The notes beneath the pieces were generated by a model. That model made no database searches, had not been told where the DNA came from, and saw nothing but the letters and a program-made list of their open reading frames with translations. A stretch of 63,985 nucleotides of DNA, counting the filler, from a bacterium (GTDB lineage Bacteria; JALSQH01), in NCBI GenBank assembly GCA_027004335.1. It is 14 parts of 14 records of this genome, joined end to end, with 100 filler letters (N's around TTAATTAATTAA, not from the genome) between each part and the next. Parts side by side here need not be neighbours in the genome. Positions count along the whole stretch, not along the records: positions 11,111 to 21,735 come from JALTID010000110.1; positions 21,836 to 25,363 come from JALTID010000112.1; positions 25,464 to 28,991 come from JALTID010000113.1; positions 29,092 to 32,614 come from JALTID010000114.1; 10 more parts are not named here. One strand, written 5' to 3'. The position numbers were made by a program, and so were the translations under genes. The first letter of the stretch is position 1; the number at the start of each line of letters is the position of its first letter. Positions 20,242 through 32,123 of the stretch are shown here, one piece after another.

Positions 20242-20537
20242 CTTTCTTTGGCTTCTTCTCCCGCCTGAATGCCTGCAAGGAATTGATTAGTTTTTTTGTA
20301 AAGCCTTGAAATTTCCCTTGATGCAGTGTTTCTATGAATAATTCCTTTACTTTTTGCTTTGTTAATCTCTCTCAGAGCGTTTTTGAACAGAGGTTCTATC
20401 CTGTCAATTTCATTATTTTCCATTGCTTTTGTTAATTTTTTTAAAGCAGTTTTTATCATGGATTTGTACATTCTGTTTCTTGCTCTTCTCTTGAGATTCT
20501 GTCTTAATCTCTTTTCAGCTGACTTATTTTTGCTCAC
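20238..20537 (-). CDS. rpsT: 30S ribosomal protein S20
   Basis: KSAEKRLRQ, KGIIHRNTASR. Confidence 0.96.
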   Translation of the reverse strand: MSKNKSAEKRLRQNLKRRARNRMYKSMIKTALKKLTKAMENNEIDRIEPLFKNALREINKAKSKGIIHRNTASREISRLYKKTNQFLAGIQAGEEAKES

Positions 20538-20567
20538 TTCCTTTGAACCTCCTATCTTTTTTAAACA

Positions 20568-20595
20568 AGTATATGATAATAGGAAAGGCTGTCAA
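20568..20595 (-). promoter_or_regulatory. Sigma70 promoter of rpsT
   Basis: TTGACA-16 nt-TATACT on the minus strand. Confidence 0.6.
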
Positions 20596-20643
20596 GAGGG
20601 AGGGACTGGATTATTAACCTTCACCAGATATAATATAGCTATT

Positions 20644-21378
20644 ATGAAAGGAAACTATTTTTTGCGAAGTAGTGGTGAGAAAGCAGTTGAACTTGAATTA
20701 GCTTATAATGAGGAATCCCTCTGTTTCAGGATTCCTCAGGGTCTCCCTGCTGAGAATCAGGAGAAGGGTAATCTGGCAATATCAGGCAAATGCAAATCGG
20801 ATGTGGTGGAAGAAGGGGAGTTTGAGGTCTGGTTCTGGCTTGAAAAGGTTAAAAGAATTATTTTATTGAGACCTGGTGGAGAAGAGCAGTACACTTTTCG
20901 TTACTGGAAAGATGTGAGATGGTTTGCAATGAGAGGAGAAGGTTCTGTAGAGGTGTCAGCCGGGGGTTTTCCAACGGTGTGCGAGGAGGGAGAGATTTTT
21001 GCCTATCTTATTAAACCTGCAGGTAAAGAAAATTTTGCGTTACCCAAGGGGCTGATTGACAGGGGAGAAACCCCAGAAGAAGCAGCTGCAAGAGAGGTAA
21101 GGGAGGAAACAGGTCTATCGGTTGAAGCAGGTCCACTCATTACGAGGGTGAATTATTTTTATAAACACCCCGAGAGTGGCCAGAGGATCTATAAAGAAGT
21201 TTTTTATTTTTTCCTGAAAGTCAAAAGGGGGAGTACACAGGATCACGACTGGGAAGTGTCAGAGGTTATTAAAGTCCCTCTTCAGGTTCTACATGAAAAA
21301 TTAAAATATTCATCGGAAAAGAAAGGTGCTGTAAAGCTTCTTGAGAAGGTAAAAAGTGGAGAAATTACAGTTTGCTGA
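20644..21378 (+). CDS. NUDIX hydrolase with an unrecognised N-terminal domain
   Basis: SAGG, LPKG, Nudix box GETPEEAAAREVREETGL; start ATG 20644 avoids overlap with rpsT. Confidence 0.85.
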   Translation: MKGNYFLRSSGEKAVELELAYNEESLCFRIPQGLPAENQEKGNLAISGKCKSDVVEEGEFEVWFWLEKVKRIILLRPGGEEQYTFRYWKDVRWFAMRGEGSVEVSAGGFPTVCEEGEIFAYLIKPAGKENFALPKGLIDRGETPEEAAAREVREETGLSVEAGPLITRVNYFYKHPESGQRIYKEVFYFFLKVKRGSTQDHDWEVSEVIKVPLQVLHEKLKYSSEKKGAVKLLEKVKSGEITVC

Positions 21379-21735
21379 TGGTGAAAAGTGGTATGACTGG
21401 AAGTGGCAGCTTTTAAATTCCATCACCACAGTGGAGGAACTTGCCAGTTATCTACCCTATCTTCGTTCTTCTCTTGATGATCTGAGATGGGTTACAATGA
21501 AGTATCACCTGAAAGTGACACCCTATTACCTTTCTCTTGTGGATCCTGAAAATCCAGATGATCCAGTTGCGAAACAGATTGTGCCATCCACCATGGAAAT
21601 AGAAAAGAGGGGGGATCCTGATCCATACAGAGAGGATGATTTTTCTCCTCTTCCACATGTGGTACATCGCTACCCTGATAGGGTTCTTCTGCTTGCAACA
21701 AATATCTGCCCTTCTTACTGCAGGCACTGTATGAG
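21356..21735 (+). CDS. KamA/lysine 2,3-aminomutase family radical SAM protein, 3' truncated
   Basis: WYDWKWQL, TPYYLSL, HRYPDRVL, CPSYCRHC. Confidence 0.93.
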
Positions 21736-21836
21736 NNNNNNNNNNNNNNNNNNNNNNNNNNNNNNNNNNNNNNNNNNNNTTAATTAATTAANNNNNNNNN
21801 NNNNNNNNNNNNNNNNNNNNNNNNNNNNNNNNNNNG

Positions 21837-22148
<312 letters not shown>

Positions 22149-22160
22149 TTAAGAAATTAT

Positions 22161-22188
22161 TTGACAAGCCTTTTTATAATTGTAGAAT
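22161..22188 (+). promoter_or_regulatory. Sigma70 promoter of the str operon
   Basis: TTGACA-16 nt-TAGAAT upstream of rpsL. Confidence 0.6.
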
Positions 22189-22283
22189 ATACACTTGTAT
22201 TTTTGAGATTCAAAAATTTGACCTTTTGAATGAGATATAGCCTCCCAAAAGGGGGGCTATAATCTTTAAAAAGGAGAAAAAGG

Positions 22284-23140
<857 letters not shown>

Positions 23141-23154
23141 TTTGAGGAAGAACT

Positions 23155-25236
23155 ATGCCAAGAAGTGTACCTCTCATACGATACAGAAATATTGGTATTA
23201 TGGCTCATATAGATGCTGGAAAGACCACTTCTACCGAGAGAATACTTTACTATACAGGGAGATCTCATAAAATTGGTGAAGTCCACGATGGAACCGCTGT
23301 GATGGATTACATGGAGCAGGAGAAGGAGCGGGGTATCACAATAACTTCTGCAACAACCACATGTTTTTGGCGGGATCATATGATAAATATTATTGACACA
23401 CCAGGGCATGTAGATTTTACCATTGAAGTTGAAAGGGCTCTAAGAGTGCTTGATGGTGCCATTGCTATCTTCTCCGCTGTGGAGGGTGTTGAACCACAAT
23501 CTGAAACAGTCTGGAGACAGGCAGATAAGTACAGAGTTCCTCGGATTGCCTTTGTTAATAAAATGGATAGAGTTGGATCTGATTTTTTTGAAGTTGTTGA
23601 ACAGATGAAAGAAAAACTTGGTGCCAATCCAATTGTGATGCAGATTCCGGTAGGTTCAGAAGATAAATTTGTTGGTGTGGTGGATCTCATTAAGATAAAA
23701 GCGATTATATGGGAAGACGAAACTCTTGGTGCCAAGTATCATTTTGAAGAGATCCCTTCTGAGCTTATAGAATCTGTGGAAGAATGGAGGCATAAGCTGA
23801 TTGAAACCGCTGCAGAATCTGATGAGCAGCTATTTGAAAAATATGTCAATGATGAAGAAATAAAGGAAAATGATCTCTATCAGGCTGTTAGAAATGCCAC
23901 CCTCTCTATAAATGCTGTCCCAACTTTTTGTGGCTCAGCTTACAAAAACAAAGGAATTCAACCTCTTCTTGACGCTGTAGTGGATTATCTTCCTTCTCCT
24001 CTTGATATTCCACCAGTAAAAGGAACAAATCCCGATACAGGAGAAGAGGAAATCAGAAGAGCTGATGATAACGAACCTTTTTCAGCTCTTGTTTTTAAAA
24101 TCTTAACCGATCCCTATATAGGGCAGCTAACATTTTTCAGGGTGTATTCTGGGACACTTTCTACAGGGAGTGCTGTTCTTAATTCTACGAAAAATAAGAA
24201 GGAGAGAATAGGGAGACTTGTAAGAATGCATGCCAACAAGAGGGAAGAGATTAAAGAAGCTTATGCAGGGGATATAGTAGCTGGTATTGGTTTGAAAACT
24301 CCCTATACAGGTGATACCCTTTGTGATATTGAGCATCCTCTTATTCTTGAGTCCCTTGAATTTCCTGAGCCGGTAATTTCCATTGCTATTGAACCTAAGA
24401 CAAGAGAGGATCAGGAAAAACTCAGCTCTGCTCTGCAGAAGCTTGCCACAGAGGATCCATCCTTCAGGGTCAAGATTGATGAAGAAACTGGACAGACAAT
24501 TATTTCTGGGATGGGAGAGTTACATCTTGAGATAATTGTTGATCGTTTGAAGAGAGAGTTTAAGGTTGGTGCCAATGTGGGTAGGCCCCAGGTTGCTTAT
24601 AAAGAAACAATTACAAGGCCTGCAAAGGGAGAGGGTAAATATATAAAACAGACTGGTGGTAGAGGTCAATATGGTCATGCTTTAATTGAAATAGAGCCAT
24701 TGCCTCAAGGTACTGGATTTAAATTTGTTGATAAGATTACGGGGGGTGTAATACCGAAGGAGTTTATTCCTGCCATACAAAAAGGCATTGAGGAAGCTAT
24801 GGAAAAAGGCTATCTGGCAGGATATCCTATAGTTGATGTAAAGATTACTCTGAACGATGGTAGTTATCATGAAGTTGATTCTTCAGAAATGGCTTTTAAG
24901 ATTGCGGGGTCTCTTGCTTTTCAGCAGGCTGTGGAGCATGCAAAACCTATTTTGCTTGAACCAATAATGAAGGTTGAGGTTGTGATCCCCAATGAGTATA
25001 TGGGAGAAGTAATCGGAGATCTTAATTCAAGGCGAGGGAAGATCCTTGGTATGCAAGCAAGATCCGGGGGACAGGTAATAGTTGCTGAAGTTCCTCTATC
25101 AGAGATGTTTGGGTATGCCACCAGGTTGAGAAGCTTGACTCAGGGGAGAGGAAATTTTACCATGCAATTTTCCCGTTACAGTCCTGTACCACCTGATGTG
25201 GCAGAGAAGATAATAGAAAGGGTTAAAGGCGAATGA
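23155..25236 (+). CDS. fusA: Elongation factor G
   Basis: [30 protein letters not shown]. Confidence 0.99.
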   Translation: MPRSVPLIRYRNIGIMAHIDAGKTTSTERILYYTGRSHKIGEVHDGTAVMDYMEQEKERGITITSATTTCFWRDHMINIIDTPGHVDFTIEVERALRVLDGAIAIFSAVEGVEPQSETVWRQADKYRVPRIAFVNKMDRVGSDFFEVVEQMKEKLGANPIVMQIPVGSEDKFVGVVDLIKIKAIIWEDETLGAKYHFEEIPSELIESVEEWRHKLIETAAESDEQLFEKYVNDEEIKENDLYQAVRNATLSINAVPTFCGSAYKNKGIQPLLDAVVDYLPSPLDIPPVKGTNPDTGEEEIRRADDNEPFSALVFKILTDPYIGQLTFFRVYSGTLSTGSAVLNSTKNKKERIGRLVRMHANKREEIKEAYAGDIVAGIGLKTPYTGDTLCDIEHPLILESLEFPEPVISIAIEPKTREDQEKLSSALQKLATEDPSFRVKIDEETGQTIISGMGELHLEIIVDRLKREFKVGANVGRPQVAYKETITRPAKGEGKYIKQTGGRGQYGHALIEIEPLPQGTGFKFVDKITGGVIPKEFIPAIQKGIEEAMEKGYLAGYPIVDVKITLNDGSYHEVDSSEMAFKIAGSLAFQQAVEHAKPILLEPIMKVEVVIPNEYMGEVIGDLNSRRGKILGMQARSGGQVIVAEVPLSEMFGYATRLRSLTQGRGNFTMQFSRYSPVPPDVAEKIIERVKGE

Positions 25237-25252
25237 GATTAAGGAGGTAGAG

Positions 25253-25363
25253 ATGAGCAAGGAAAGATTTGTGAGGAGCAAGCCTCATGTCAATGTGGGA
25301 ACGATAGGTCATATTGATCATGGCAAGACGACATTGACGAGTGCGATAACACATGCGTTGGCA
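25253..25363 (+). CDS. tuf: Elongation factor Tu, N-terminal fragment (contig end)
   Basis: [29 protein letters not shown]. Confidence 0.97.
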
Positions 25364-25463
25364 NNNNNNNNNNNNNNNNNNNNNNNNNNNNNNNNNNNNN
25401 NNNNNNNTTAATTAATTAANNNNNNNNNNNNNNNNNNNNNNNNNNNNNNNNNNNNNNNNNNNN

Positions 25464-25893
25464 CTCGCTTGTTCTCATGGTGGTTACCATCTGCTTCGTA
25501 GATGATCCCTTAAAAACAATTAAAGAATCATACAGAATTTTAAAAGAAGGTGGGATAATCTTACTGGGAATAGTTCCCCGAAACAGCAAATGGGGACAAT
25601 TGTATCTACAGAAAAAGGCAAATGGTCACATCTTCTACGGAGGAGCAGAATTTTATACAGTAAAAGAAATTGAGGAGATGCTGGCCTCTTCTGGATTTGA
25701 AAATATTACTGGGATTTCCACTCTCTATCAAGAGCCATCTGAGAATCCACAATTAGAAGATACAATAAAAGATATTTTAGATGAAAAAGCAGGTTTTGTG
25801 GCAATCAAAGGAAAAAAGGGAGGGAAAATCCCTCCCATAGAAATCACGCATCAAAATAGAGGAAAAATTCGTAGGGATTGGGGTGTTGTCTAA
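25464..25893 (+). CDS. Class I SAM-dependent methyltransferase, C-terminal fragment
   Basis: [32 protein letters not shown]. Confidence 0.8.
25812..25836 (-). terminator. Intrinsic terminator of glnA, lying inside the methyltransferase ORF
   Basis: Minus strand GGGAGGG-ATTTT-CCCTCCC-TTTTTT, 7 nt after the glnA stop. Confidence 0.75.
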
Positions 25894-27256
25894 GAGGAGC
25901 AATTTCTCTTTCCCTCTTGTATTCAAGCCATGTCTGAATAACTTCCTCGGTAAAAACATCACCTTTGAGAAGAAATTCATGATCCTCTTCAAGGGCTCCT
26001 AATGCCTCTTCAAGAGAAGCTGGAACCTGGGGAACATCCTTTAGTTCTTCTGGAGATAGAGAATAAATATCTTTATCAAGAGGCTGGCCCGGGTCAAGCT
26101 TATTCATTATTCCATCAAGACCTGCCATAAGCATTGCGGTAAAAGCAATGTAACCATTTGCTGTGGGATCTGGAAATCTCACTTCAATCCTCTTTGCTTT
26201 GGGGCTGGGGCTGTACATGGGAATTCTGATTGCAGCACTTCTGTTTCTGCTTGAATAGGCAAGATTTACTGGAGCTTCAAAACCAGGAACCAGCCTCTTA
26301 TAAGAATTTACAGTGGGATTACTGAAAGCAGCAATAGCTTTAGCATGTTTAATTATTCCACCAATGTAATACATCGCAATCTCACTCAGTCCGCCATATT
26401 TATCTCCAGCAAACTGAGGTTCTCCATTTTTCCAAATAGACTGGTGCGTGTGCATTCCGTTACCATTATCATTGTAAAGAGGTTTTGGCATGAAAGTTAC
26501 CACCTTACCATGTCTTCTGGCAATATTTCTTAAAACATATTTAAACCACATAAGCTTATCACCCATTTTAACAAGACTATCAAATCTCATATCAATTTCA
26601 CCCTGCCCTGCTGTAGCAACCTCATGATGTGCAGCTTCTACATCAATTCCAAGGGAAATAAGAGTCTGAACCATTTCGTTCCTTATATCTGTTAGGGTAT
26701 CAGATGGCTGCACGGGGAAATAACCTTCTTTATGCTTTATCTTATATCCAAGATTCGGATTTTCCTCTCTTCCTGTATTCCAGATCCCCTCCACAGAGTC
26801 AATCGCATAAAAAGAATGCTGAGGATCCACAGCATATCTAATCTCGTCAAAAATAAAAAACTCCGCTTCAGGACCGAAATAGGCTGTGTCACCAATTCCA
26901 GTTGATTTAAGGTAATTTTCACCTTTTTGGGCAATATATCTTGGATCTTTATCGTAGGACTCTCTTGTTATTGGATCAACGATATTACAGATAAAACTCA
27001 AAGTAGGAACTTCAATAAAAGGATCAACAAGAGCAGTCTCTGGATCAGGAACCACCAACATGTCACTGGCATGTATCGGCTGCCATCCTCTAATGCTGGA
27101 ACCATCAAATCCAAAACCTTCTTCAAAGCTTTCCTCTTTTAACTCATTGATAGGCACTAGAAAATGCTGCCATGTACCCAGAATGTCAAGGAATTTCAGG
27201 TCAACCATTTTTACATTGTTCTTCTCAGCAAATTCAAGTACTTCTTTTGGTGTCAT
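25844..27256 (-). CDS. glnA: Glutamine synthetase type I
   Basis: [34 protein letters not shown]; adenylylation-site Tyr in KDIY. Confidence 0.99.
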   Translation of the reverse strand: MTPKEVLEFAEKNNVKMVDLKFLDILGTWQHFLVPINELKEESFEEGFGFDGSSIRGWQPIHASDMLVVPDPETALVDPFIEVPTLSFICNIVDPITRESYDKDPRYIAQKGENYLKSTGIGDTAYFGPEAEFFIFDEIRYAVDPQHSFYAIDSVEGIWNTGREENPNLGYKIKHKEGYFPVQPSDTLTDIRNEMVQTLISLGIDVEAAHHEVATAGQGEIDMRFDSLVKMGDKLMWFKYVLRNIARRHGKVVTFMPKPLYNDNGNGMHTHQSIWKNGEPQFAGDKYGGLSEIAMYYIGGIIKHAKAIAAFSNPTVNSYKRLVPGFEAPVNLAYSSRNRSAAIRIPMYSPSPKAKRIEVRFPDPTANGYIAFTAMLMAGLDGIMNKLDPGQPLDKDIYSLSPEELKDVPQVPASLEEALGALEEDHEFLLKGDVFTEEVIQTWLEYKREREIAPLRQHPNPYEFFLYFDA

Positions 27257-27279
27257 TTCATTTTCCTCCTTATTAGGTA

Positions 27280-27633
<354 letters not shown>

Positions 27634-27731
27634 TCAAAAAGAACAAATTAAATACCAGATCCCGAATAATTTACAGTTGTAACTTCCCAACTTTCTGCCA
27701 AACATTTAATCACAAGAAGAAATCTTTCTGT

Positions 27732-28058
27732 CTAATTTTTATTCACTATAAATTTTTTTATCAGAACAACTTTTCCAAGTATTTTATCATAAGAAACAGG
27801 AAAATCAAAGAAAAAAAGAGCGTCACCTTTTGTAAAGAAGAGCTTGAATATTTTAAACAGGATTCTGTGTATTACAAAATTATCCTTTCGTAAAAAAATA
27901 ATAACATCCCCTCTCCTGTAAGTATCCATCTTTTTTATTAAGACTACATCCCCTGCTGATAGAATAGGCCTCATACTCCACGATGTCACATTAAAAACAA
28001 TTTCCTTTTTTTCTTCAATTAACTCGCGGAGGAGAGCCGCCTTTTCAGTACGATCCAT
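27732..28058 (-). CDS. S24/S26 family peptidase, soluble Ser/His type
   Basis: SWSMRPIL (catalytic Ser), GDVIIF, VIHRI (His), TKGD; no N-terminal TM. Confidence 0.8.
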   Translation of the reverse strand: MDRTEKAALLRELIEEKKEIVFNVTSWSMRPILSAGDVVLIKKMDTYRRGDVIIFLRKDNFVIHRILFKIFKLFFTKGDALFFFDFPVSYDKILGKVVLIKKFIVNKN

Positions 28059-28990
28059 ATTCCACCTGTAACTATCAGAAAAAACAAGAAGTTTTCTCCG
28101 CCTCCTGTTGATGAGCAACCCCATGTAGATTTGTTTCCCTTAGAAGTATTGCTTCTTACAAGTTCACCCTCTATATTTCCTCTCAATTCCCTCTGAGCAG
28201 AACCTCCCCCAAGACTTCTTCCCCATAAATTCATACTCGGGTCACCAAGCAGGGGAAAAGTTGCAGCACCTTCCTTGAGATCGGGATGATCAGCCAGAAA
28301 ATTCTCTATCCCCTTAAAAATTGCTTCTCCAAGCCGCTTATTTGCTGGATCAAAAAACTCATGAAGTACATAAGGTAAAATAAGTTTTTGCATTGAATAA
28401 TCTGAATAATCAACTGCACCCCATGCAGCTGATGCACCTGTAGGATTTATGAGAAGATTCCTCCCGAGAGAACCAGGATAGAACTCATAGTAGATGCTGT
28501 TAGCAAAGCAGGTAATCTGAAAAACAATGAAGGGAGAATCATTTTCCTGCATTTGAGAAAGATCATACCTTCCCTCAAAAGGTGCAATGGATAAAATTGA
28601 ATAAGGTTCTTCATTATAATTATAACTCCAGAAGGTGAAGAACCCATGACCAAGATACATCATCAATCTTCCACCGGAGGAAAAATAATTCATCAATTTT
28701 TCATGTGCATCTCCAATAGTGGTATTATTAAGATCTATTCTGAAAATAAGGTTATTCGGGGGGATAAAAGATGTTACGGAGGAAGCAAAAGAAGAAAAAT
28801 CAAAACCTCCTGAATCAGAATCGTTGATAACAACGATATCATTTTTCACTTTTTCTTCAAAAGAATAAACCTTGTTGAATATATTACTTAACTCAGTCTC
28901 AGAGGTAACTGGCAGTCTTCCTGTATAAAAATCCACCTTTCCATCATTATCAGGATCAGCGTAAAAATAATCTACTCCTGTATCATAATA
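28019..28990 (-). CDS. C25 (gingipain-like) cysteine peptidase, C-terminal part with a CTERM sorting signal; 5' truncated
   Basis: Open to contig end: DYFYADPDNDGKVDFYTGRLP, YLGHG, ITCF, LLGDPSM; tail WGCSSTGG + TM + KRR. Confidence 0.85.
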   Translation of the reverse strand, partial: YYDTGVDYFYADPDNDGKVDFYTGRLPVTSETELSNIFNKVYSFEEKVKNDIVVINDSDSGGFDFSSFASSVTSFIPPNNLIFRIDLNNTTIGDAHEKLMNYFSSGGRLMMYLGHGFFTFWSYNYNEEPYSILSIAPFEGRYDLSQMQENDSPFIVFQITCFANSIYYEFYPGSLGRNLLINPTGASAAWGAVDYSDYSMQKLILPYVLHEFFDPANKRLGEAIFKGIENFLADHPDLKEGAATFPLLGDPSMNLWGRSLGGGSAQRELRGNIEGELVRSNTSKGNKSTWGCSSTGGGENFLFFLIVTGGIWIVLKRRLSSAS

Positions 28991-29161
28991 CNNNNNNNNN
29001 NNNNNNNNNNNNNNNNNNNNNNNNNNNNNNNNNNNTTAATTAATTAANNNNNNNNNNNNNNNNNNNNNNNNNNNNNNNNNNNNNNNNNNNNAAATCCATT
29101 TTTTCAAGAACAACATTATCAATTATATAAGGCTTTGCCTTACCATGAATTTTGCTTAAAC

Positions 29162-30073
29162 TCATCTCAATAACAAATACTCCATTAAAGCTTTCTGTGC
29201 ATGAAGCCTGTTCTCCGCCTGAGTAAAAATTTCATCTGCGTGGCTTTCAAACACATCTTCTGTTATCTCTTCACCCTTATGCGCAGGTAAACAGTGAAGC
29301 ACCATAACATCATCCTTTGCATGGGACAACAACCTCTCGTTAACTTGAAAAGGCTTAAAGAATTTTATTTTCCTGTCTCTTTCCTCCTCTTGCCCCATGG
29401 AAACCCATACATCTGTGTAAACTACATCAGCTCCAGATACAGCTTCCATCGGATCAGAAGTTATATTTATCCTTCCTCCCTTCTCCCGTGCCGTCACTAC
29501 TACTTTCCTCACAGGCCCGTAATTTTCTGGTGTCGCTACAAAAACTTCATATCCAAAAGTTGCTGCCCCATTTATTAGAGAATGAGCTACATTATTTCCA
29601 TCACCAACATACGCAACTTTTACTTTTTCAATTTTACCCTTTTTTTCTTTAATTGTAAAGACATCTGAAAGAATTTGGACAGGATGATAGGAGTCTGTAA
29701 GCCCATTAATAACAGGAACGCTGGAATATTTAGCAAACTTCTCAATTGTATCCTGAGCAAAGGTCCTTATCATCACTATATCTGCGTATCGGGATATAAC
29801 TCTCGCAGTATCTTTAATACTCTCTCCTCTACCGAGCTGACTATCTGCCTTGTTTAGAAAAACAGCATTCCCCCCTAACTGATAGATACCAATTTCAAAA
29901 GAAAGTCTTGTCCTTGTTGAAACTTTCTCAAAAAACATAACAAGAGTTTTCCCTCTTAAAGTTTCAATAATCCTTCCCTCTCTGTGTGCTCTCTTCAACT
30001 CCTCTGCTCTTTTCAGAATCCACAGTAACTCTTCCCTTTTGAGACTGAAAAGAGTAAGAAAATCTTTTTTCAT
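29162..30073 (-). CDS. argF: Ornithine carbamoyltransferase
   Basis: STRTR, HPVQ, DVWVSMGQE, HCLP. Confidence 0.98.
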   Translation of the reverse strand: MKKDFLTLFSLKREELLWILKRAEELKRAHREGRIIETLRGKTLVMFFEKVSTRTRLSFEIGIYQLGGNAVFLNKADSQLGRGESIKDTARVISRYADIVMIRTFAQDTIEKFAKYSSVPVINGLTDSYHPVQILSDVFTIKEKKGKIEKVKVAYVGDGNNVAHSLINGAATFGYEVFVATPENYGPVRKVVVTAREKGGRINITSDPMEAVSGADVVYTDVWVSMGQEEERDRKIKFFKPFQVNERLLSHAKDDVMVLHCLPAHKGEEITEDVFESHADEIFTQAENRLHAQKALMEYLLLR

Positions 30074-31242
30074 TATTTCTCCTCCATGAATTCCTTCAAG
30101 ACCTCATTCAATATTAAGACTCCTTTTTCCATATCCCCCAAAGAAATGATGAGCGGAGGGAGAAATCTAAGTACCTTTCCGGCAGTGCAATTTATAATCA
30201 ACTTCCTTTTAAGAGCATTCTTTACAATCTCTCCACACTCTACATTTAGCTCAACTCCAACCATCAACCCCTTTCCTCTTATCTCATGAACAAAGGGGAA
30301 CCCTCCAAGAGCATCCTGTAACAGTGAAATAAAATACTTGCTCTTTTCCCTTATATCTTTTAAGAAAACAGGATTCTTCACCTTTCTTACAACCTCAAGG
30401 GCTACCGATGTAATTAGAGGATTGCCACCAAAGGTGGAACCATGGGTACCATAACCCATAACATCGCTTATCTCCTCCCTCACAATCATTGCTCCTATAG
30501 GTAGCCCTCCTGCCAGAGCCTTTGCGGAAGTGAAAAGATCTGGCTGAACACCATATCCTTGAAATGCATAAAAATCACCTGTCCTCCCAACGCCTGTCTG
30601 TATCTCATCAACAATAAGAAGAATCCCTTTTTCCCTTGTAGCCATTCTCAAATTGTAAAGAAATTCTGTAGTTGCCGGGATAATCCCACCTTCACCCTGT
30701 ACAGGCTCCAGCATCACTGCTGCCACATCATCAGATAACTTTGAAGTAACATCATCTAAATTATTAAATTCAAAAAATTCAAATCCCGGGCAGAGGGGAT
30801 CAAATCCTTTTCTCACCTTCTCCTGGCCCGTGGCTGAAACAGTAGCAAGCGTCCTCCCGTGAAAAGAATTCTCCGCCACCAGTATCTTATATGCTCCGTC
30901 CAGAAAATTTTTTCCGTACAATCTTGCAAATTTAATTGCAGCCTCATTTGCTTCTGCACCACTGTTGCAGAAAAAAACTTTTGCGGGGAATAGAGCTCTA
31001 ACTATTTCTTTGGCAACTTCTTCTTGGGACTTAATAACAAAATAATTTGAAACATGCCACGGTTTTTCCGCTGCTTTTTTCAATGCCTTCACAAGAAGAG
31101 GATGTCCGTAACCAAAGAGATTCACCCCTATACCTGAAAGAAAATCAAGATATTTTTCCCCCTTAGAATCAACAAGGTAAACTCCTTCTCCATCAACAAA
31201 AGAGAGATTAAACCTCTTATAATTGGGAAGAAGATAACTCAC
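30073..31242 (-). CDS. argD: Acetylornithine aminotransferase
   Basis: NSGAEANE, SFHGRT, DEIQTG, HGSTFGGNP; argBDF order. Confidence 0.95.
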   Translation of the reverse strand: MSYLLPNYKRFNLSFVDGEGVYLVDSKGEKYLDFLSGIGVNLFGYGHPLLVKALKKAAEKPWHVSNYFVIKSQEEVAKEIVRALFPAKVFFCNSGAEANEAAIKFARLYGKNFLDGAYKILVAENSFHGRTLATVSATGQEKVRKGFDPLCPGFEFFEFNNLDDVTSKLSDDVAAVMLEPVQGEGGIIPATTEFLYNLRMATREKGILLIVDEIQTGVGRTGDFYAFQGYGVQPDLFTSAKALAGGLPIGAMIVREEISDVMGYGTHGSTFGGNPLITSVALEVVRKVKNPVFLKDIREKSKYFISLLQDALGGFPFVHEIRGKGLMVGVELNVECGEIVKNALKRKLIINCTAGKVLRFLPPLIISLGDMEKGVLILNEVLKEFMEEK

Positions 31243-32123
31243 CTGACAATCTCCGTTCCAATACCGGCATCTGTAAATAATTCAAGGATGAGGGAATGTG
31301 GAATTCTACCATCTATTATATGGACCTTTCCCACCCCATTCTTAACAGTTTTCACCGACCATTCAATTTTGGGTATCATACCGCCGTTTATAATCTCCTT
31401 TTTTATCAAATCCAGAGCTTCTCCAGCGGATAAACTCTTTATCAATTCATTATCTTTACCCTTTACACCCTCGGCATCAGTTAAAAAAATCAGCTTTTCA
31501 GCCTCCAGCCCTATTGCAATTTCTGCAGCAACTATATCAGCATTTAAATTAAATGTATCCCCTTCTTTATCCACACCTACGGGAGCAATCACAGGGACAA
31601 ATCTTGAACTTTCAAGCAGCCGAAGAATCTCAGGGTTAAACTCAGTAACTTCTCCCACTTTTCCTATATCAATTATTTCAGGAGGAAGCCCCTCTTTTTC
31701 TTCCACAAAAGTTATTTTTCTGGCAAAAATCATGTTACCATCTTTTCCACTCAAACCTACAGCTTTTCCACCTGCTCTGTTGATAAGATTTACAATTTCT
31801 TTGTTAACCTTCCCCATAAGAACCATCTCTACTACATCCATGGTTGCATCATCAGTTACCCTCATCCCTCTGTAAAACCTGCTCTCCAGCCCCATCTTTT
31901 CCATAACCTCACCGATTTGAGGACCACCTCCGTGAACCACCACAGGATTTATACCGATATATTTCAAGAGAGTAATATCTTCAGCAAAAGCTCTTTTAAG
32001 CTCATCTTTTACCATTGCACTTCCACCATATTTAACCACCAGAGTTTTTCCATAAAAATTTTTTATGTAGGGAAGTGCTTCAAGTAGGGTATGTGCCTTC
32101 TCTATAAATTTCTCCATTTTCAC
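31239..32123 (-). CDS. argB: Acetylglutamate kinase
   Basis: KYGGSAM, VHGGGP, NAD, GGMIPK. Confidence 0.98.
   Translation of the reverse strand: MKMEKFIEKAHTLLEALPYIKNFYGKTLVVKYGGSAMVKDELKRAFAEDITLLKYIGINPVVVHGGGPQIGEVMEKMGLESRFYRGMRVTDDATMDVVEMVLMGKVNKEIVNLINRAGGKAVGLSGKDGNMIFARKITFVEEKEGLPPEIIDIGKVGEVTEFNPEILRLLESSRFVPVIAPVGVDKEGDTFNLNADIVAAEIAIGLEAEKLIFLTDAEGVKGKDNELIKSLSAGEALDLIKKEIINGGMIPKIEWSVKTVKNGVGKVHIIDGRIPHSLILELFTDAGIGTEIVR

Noticed and set aside
20359..20643. N-terminal extension of the NUDIX ORF in the ORF track
   Set aside because: Antisense to rpsT and its promoter; ATG 20644 is the more plausible start. The track similarly over-extends nfeD, argS, rsmA, the GMC gene and the acyltransferase
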